Source: Octopus sinensis (lineage: Eukaryota). Taken from it: a stretch of 39,516 nucleotides of DNA. Position numbers and translations under genes: made by a program. This document shows, in pieces, positions 34,412 through 39,516 of the stretch. Numbering within the stretch: the stretch's first letter is position 1; the number at the start of each line of letters is the position of its first letter. The DNA lies in assembly GCF_006345805.1 (NCBI RefSeq), contig NW_021835381.1, positions 1 through 39,516 on the forward strand. The letters run 5' to 3'. A model generated the notes under the pieces. That model saw nothing but the letters and a program-made list of their open reading frames with translations. It had not been told where the DNA came from and ran no database searches.

Positions 34412-35560
34412 TCACTGGTCTTGCCGGGTCTTCTGACGCACAGCATACTTCCATAGGTCTCGGTCTCTGGTCATTTCCTTGGTGAGACCTAGAGTTCGAA
34501 GGTGGTGCTTCACCACCTCGACCCAGGTTTTCCTGGGTCTACCTCTTCCACAGGTCCCCTCAACTGCCAGGGTGTGGCACTTTTTCACACACCTATCTTC
34601 ATCCATTCTCGCCACATGACCATACCAGTGCAATCGTCTCTCTTGCACACAACATCTGATGCCTCTTAGGTCCAACTTTTCTCTCAAGGTACTTACACTC
34701 TGTCGACTATGAACACTGACATTACACATCCAACGGAGCATACTAGCTTCATTTCTCGCGAGCTTACGCATGTCCTCAGCAGTCACGGCCCATGTTTCAC
34801 TGCCATGTAGCATGGCTGTTCGTACACATGCATCATACAGTCTGCCTTTTACTCTGAGCGAGAGGCCTTTAGTCACCAACAGAGGTAAGAGCTCCCTAAA
34901 CTTTGCCCAGGCTATTCTTACTCTAGCCGTTACACTTTCAGCACACCCACCCCCACTACTGACTTGGTCACCAAGATAACGGAAGCTATCAACTACTTCT
35001 AGTTTTTCCCCCTGGAAAGTGACGGAAGTTGTTTTCTGCAGATTTTCAGAGGTTAATGCTCCCGAGCATCTACCACATACAAAAACCATCTTCCTAGTTA
35101 GCCTTCCTATGACATTGCTGCACCTCTTATGTGTCCATAGCTTACACTTGGTGCATCTTATAGAGTTTCTACCTACACCTTTTCTACAGATCGAGCAGGG
35201 CCATCTACCTGAAGGCGTTTGTGATTTGTCTACCTTCCTACTTATTATGACTTTGGTTTTAGCTAGGTTGACTCTAAGGCCCTTCGATTCTAAACCATGC
35301 TTCCACACCTGAAACTTCTTCTCCAGTTCTGATAATGATTCAGCAATTAGAGCAAGGTCATCAGCATAGAGGAGCTCCCAGGGGCATCCTGTCTTGAATT
35401 CCTCCGTTATTGCCTGGAGGACTATGATAAATAGGAGGGGGCTGAGGACTGAGCCTTGGTGGACCCCAACCTCTACCCGGAATTCTTCACTGTACTCATT
35501 GCCAACCCTCACCTTACTAGCAGCGTCCTGTACATGGCTTGCACAGCTCTCACTAACCAT
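34412..35560 (-). pseudogene. RTE ORF segment 3: RT C-terminal half with PHD-like finger
   Basis: GVHQGSVLSPLLF, YADD, C4HC3 cluster, FRYLGD, RRLHWYGHV, GRGRPRKTW. Confidence 0.88.
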
Positions 35561-36306
35561 TCATCTATTCCTAGTTTCCTCATTGACCACCATATGAGGG
35601 ATCGGGGGACCCTGTCGAAGGCTTTCTCCATGTCAACAAAAGCCAGGTACAGGGGCTTATCTTTGGCTAGGTATTTCTCCTGCAGCTGCCTTACCAGGAA
35701 TATAGCATCAGTGGTACTTTTCCCTGGCACGAACCCAAACTGCATCTCATCTAAACTAACTCTCTCTCTAATTAGTTGGCTTATGACCCTCTCTGTAACC
35801 TTCATCACCTGATCCAACAGCTTGATACCCCTGTAATTATTTGTATCTAGGGCATCACCTTTACCTTTGTAGCAGTTGACTATTATGCTGCTACACCAGT
35901 CATAGGGTATGACTCCTTCATGTATCACCTGATTAACTATACAGGTGACTAGGCTATAGCCGACACTACCAGATATTTTGAGCATCTCTGCAGTGATACC
36001 TGATGGGCCTGGGGCTTTCCCTGTCTTCGTGCTTCTAATTGCTTTAGCTACCAAGGAACTATCAACCCTGATAGCTGGTCCCTCTGTTGGTTCAATGTTC
36101 GGCAGACTCTCTTTATCCCATTCATTTTCTTTATTCAGCAACCTTTCATAGTGGCATCGCCAAGCCTCTCTCTTTGCATCCTCGTTTAGCGCAAGTGAAC
36201 CATCTTCCATGCGAACACACTTCTCTCCCACCACATCACAATTCTCTCTCACACACAACGCGAAACACCTCCAGTCTTTGGTCCTCACGGCGCAGAACAT
36301 TGGCAA
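35509..36306 (-). pseudogene. RTE ORF segment 2: linker and RT N-terminal half
   Basis: KAPGPSGI, NYRGIKLL, QFGFVPGKSTTDAIF. Confidence 0.88.
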
Positions 36307-37348
36307 ATTTTTTCTTATCTGCTTCCCCTCTGGCTAGATAGACCTGTCTCCTAGCTTCCCTTTTAGCAGTCTGATACAATTCCCTGCTACCACTATTCTT
36401 CCAGTGCTTCCAAGTCTGTCTCTTTTCTCTAATAGCCCTGTCTACGACACTGTTCCACCACCACATTACCTTGGGACGAGAGGGGACCTTGCACCAGCCA
36501 CAGATCTGGTCAGTGGCTCTCAGCAGGTTGTCCCTTAGAAACGTCCAGTTGCCCTCTACCCCATGTGATACTCTATCCCCTTCTACTTCATCAAAGGCTT
36601 CAAGTAACATGTCTCTAAATCTCTGTCCATTCACAGGATCCTTAAGCTTCCAGATCCTTCTTCTCCATGTTGGTCGTCTTCTGGTTGTCCTCCTACTCCT
36701 GATCCTAAAGTCACTAACTACCAGTCTATGTTGTGGGGTGCATTCTTCGCCTGGGAAGGTTTTGGCATTTATAAGTAGCCATCTCTCCCTTTGCCTGGCA
36801 AGGATGTAGTCAATTTGGCTGGTATGTTGGCCCGATCGGTAGGTGAGTAGGTGGCTGGTAGGTTTCCTGAAGTTAGTGTTGCAAATCATAAGATTATTTG
36901 CATCGCAGAACTCCAGCAGCCTGGTTCCCTCCTCGTTGCAGGAACCAGAGCCATAGCCTCCATGTACGCCATGGAAGCCCCCAGCATGTCGTCCAACGTG
37001 ACCATTGAAGTCACCAGCCACAAAGAGAAGGTCTCTGTCGTTCGTCAACGAGGTAGTCTGCAGTAGAGTGTCATAGAATCGGTCTTTCTGTCCATCAGGT
37101 AGCCCCAACTGAGGAGCATAGGCTGATATAATGGTCGCTAATCTAATCTTAAGTATTCTGTCGCATACTCTGATTACCTCAATTACTTTATCTACCCATT
37201 TCTCAGCGATAAGTATACCCACGCCTCCAACCCCATCAGTGTTCCCTGCCCAGAAAATCTTGTACCTGTGTTCCTTGCCTGTGAGGAACCTAGAAGAACC
37301 TCCTCTCCACCTTACTTCTTGCATGCAACATATATCCACATGCAACAT
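36236..37348 (-). pseudogene. RTE ORF segment 1: endonuclease
   Basis: VDICCMQEVRW, ISAYAPQ, VAGDFNGHVG, SQIDYIL, PQHRLVV. Confidence 0.88.
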
Positions 37349-38040
37349 ATAGTGTTATTTAATCATTTTACCCCTGAGGGTTATAGGAAGAAGATTTTTC
37401 TATAATATGGACACATTTATCTGAGTTTATGTATCCCTCACATTCCACCATTTCTGATTGACTATTGCTCCAAACTGCTCTCCAGACCATCACATGTTTC
37501 ATTGTTGGCTGCAATATATTCACGTGAAAATATTGGTGACTGATTCTCCAGACCCACATTCGACCAGTGTCAGAAAATACAGCAAATCTGGATTCATCAG
37601 AGAATTTGACAGTGTCCCAAAGTGCTAGTGACCTCTCTACCATCTCACTTGTCCAATCTTTTCTCCATTTGATGTTGGCTGGTCGAAGCAGTGTCTTCTT
37701 TCTTGCTGCTCTGCCATAATAGCCAATTTTGCGGAGATAATTGACAGCTATTCTGGGACTGACATCAACTTATTCTGCTGTATTGGAGGCCTTGCAATGA
37801 GGATTATCTTACACACTTCTCTTAAGAAAGCAAAGTGTTCTGTCAGAGGGCCTTAGTCTACCTGGGTAAGGTGATATGGACTACTTTCACGTTTAGTGAA
37901 TTGAAAAATTACTCTATTTACTGTAGAAAGTGGAATCACAATGTTTTCTGTGGTTTTAGGCTAAGTCAGCCTTGAAATAGGCGCAGCATATGGCCTCTTT
38001 GTAAATTGGACATTTTTAAGGCTTCTTTTGTACATGGCAT
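37349..38040 (-). pseudogene. Tc1 transposase N-terminal part
   Basis: GYYGRAARKKTLL, WDTVKFSDESRF, LQPTMKHVMVW; candidate ATG at 38040. Confidence 0.85.
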
Positions 38041-38895
38041 GATTAAACAGTTACATATAGAACATGAAACATATAAATGTCAATTAATAAAAAAAATATA
38101 AACCTCTTCAAGTTATAATAACCATAAAACAATGTGTTAATGGGTATCTATTTACTTTTGTCATGTTTGTGTACAAATGTATCATTTGTTAGAACTGCAC
38201 TTTGAAAGAAAAAGAAAACCTTTAGTAGAAAATTAGCATTAGCTACGACAACGTTACCCAACTATTAAATCTTATATTTTTCAAACTCATGCTAGGATGG
38301 AAAAATGAACGTAGGTATGAGACTTATTTTTACACATGTATTGATGCATATAAAACATGAAATTATGTTGTCTACATACTTAAATACTTGCAATTAATTC
38401 ATTGTAAGAACATAGAATTTTGACAGGTTTTCTTGAGTTGTTGCTCATCTACAATAATCTGATAAGTTTGAGGTTATTGTTGGTTGCATAAGATTGTCAT
38501 TGAATTTTCTCTCTACAGAAATATCTAATCATCATTTTATCCATACTAGCATGGGTTGTGTGTGTCATGTTGATATCTGTTTCAGTTTAATTCCCTCTGC
38601 AATAGTTTCTTTTTTTTGTGTATGGTACTTTCATAAAATACAGTTGTCTCTTGCCTTACACAGTATTCTGTTTCTTAGTTCACTTTTGCACAATTTTGCT
38701 CATTTTCCTCTATTTGTTTCTTTTTGTTTTTACAAATATAGAAGTAGTACTTGCTTCAGTTTCTCATATTTTGTTAAATATTTTTGAATTTGAAATATTA
38801 AAATTGATTTCACTGGAAATGAAAATTCAATGTATAAAATTAACTTTAAACTAGATGTTCAGCATCAAATGCAAAAGTTTTACAAAAAGAATTGT

Positions 38896-39062
38896 CCTCA
38901 TCATCATCATCATCATTTAATGTCCATTTTCTATGCTGGCTTGGGTTGCACAGTTTCATCAGGACTGTAAGCTGAGGGTCTGCAGCAGACTCCAGTCTTG
39001 ATTTGTCATTGTTTCTATGGCTGGATGCCCTTCTTAACATCAAGCACTCCATGAGTGTTGTG
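38896..39062 (-). mobile_element. diverged RTE 3'-end fragment or RTE-tailed SINE
   Basis: (CAT)n then ttaatgtccattttctatgctggcttgggttg...tggctggatgcccttcttaac, paralleling 33587-33745. Confidence 0.8.
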
Positions 39063-39516
39063 GGCAGGGGTTGTGAAAAAATTAATTGATGGGAAATTAA
39101 TTACAATATATTGTCTTCTAAGGCACGGCATGTCATGAAAGGTGTCAGTCATTAGTCATTGCCTTTATAAGTTCCAACAGTCAAAGATCATGCATTACCA
39201 CCTTGTCCAATGCCTTCTTATGTCTACTTCTTCTGCCATGTAGCATAGTTGTCTGCACAGGTATAATAAATCTGGCTTTCACTCTGAAGGAGAGACCCTT
39301 AGTTACTAAACAGAGGAAGGAGCTCTCTGAATTTGCTCAGCCTATTTTTATTCTTGCAGCCTCACTCTTGGTTCATCCACCTCTGCTACTGACTTTGTTG
39401 CTCAACAATCTTTATCGTACTCCTCTGGTATTTGATGAAGCCCATTTTCTGTACACTTTTAGTGTTTACTGTACATGTGCACCTTCCACATGCAAAAAAT
39501 ATTTTCCCAGTTTACC

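Larger units (their letters stand above)
33587..37348 (-). mobile_element. RTE-clade LINE, 5'-truncated within EN, near intact, (GAT)n tail
   Basis: Three long overlapping ORFs with EN, RT (AFVDMEKAFDRV, GVHQGSVLSPLLF, LLYADD) and C-terminal motifs; 3' UTR 33587-34411 ends in ...GCATGGAAAGCGGACGCTAAATGATGATG. Confidence 0.95.
33199..38171 (-). mobile_element. Tc1/mariner (DD34E-type) transposon, ~1.2 kb once the nested RTE is removed
   Basis: TA at 33197-33198 and 38172-38173; degenerate ~34-bp TIRs (CATAGACATGACAGAATTAAATAGA vs reverse complement CACAAACATGACAAAAGTAAATAGA); transposase remnants on both sides of the RTE. Confidence 0.85.

Noticed and set aside
33751-34454. Repetitive 106-154 aa ORFs in several frames (GHERMVLLR repeats)
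   Set aside because: By-products of a GC-rich 61-bp tandem repeat in a LINE 3' UTR; open in multiple frames on both strands.
38180-39516. ORFs 38494-38787, 38618-38854 and 38846-39052
   Set aside because: Low-complexity AT-rich or SINE-derived sequence with no recognisable domain.

Overview
AT-rich eukaryotic, repeat-dominated DNA. It is most likely an octopus genome; this is inferred from my recollection of the SINE family and the extreme (TA)n/(TG)n load, not from a search. No intact host protein-coding gene, rRNA, tRNA gene or CRISPR array is supported. Contents: four CR1/L2-group LINE copies (two of one family, one EN-bearing copy with an in-frame deletion of the RT core, one 3' fragment); three RTE LINEs (a degraded + copy ending in three C2H2 fingers, a near-intact - copy with a PHD finger and a 10-copy stem-loop array in its 3' UTR, and an old EN relic); a Tc1 transposon with TIRs split by the - strand RTE; about 12 copies or fragments of one tRNA-headed SINE; and an ~87-bp satellite array (18.4-27.3 kb). 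The array carries a CR1 and a textbook Helitron insertion, each with its empty paralogous site about 2.0 kb away in the same array. Most notable: the SINE shares its 3' tail with the CR1-group LINE in the window, with a hairpin conserved by compensatory change. Splice and promoter motifs at 28.0-32.0 kb hint at the 5' end of an unidentified + strand host gene.
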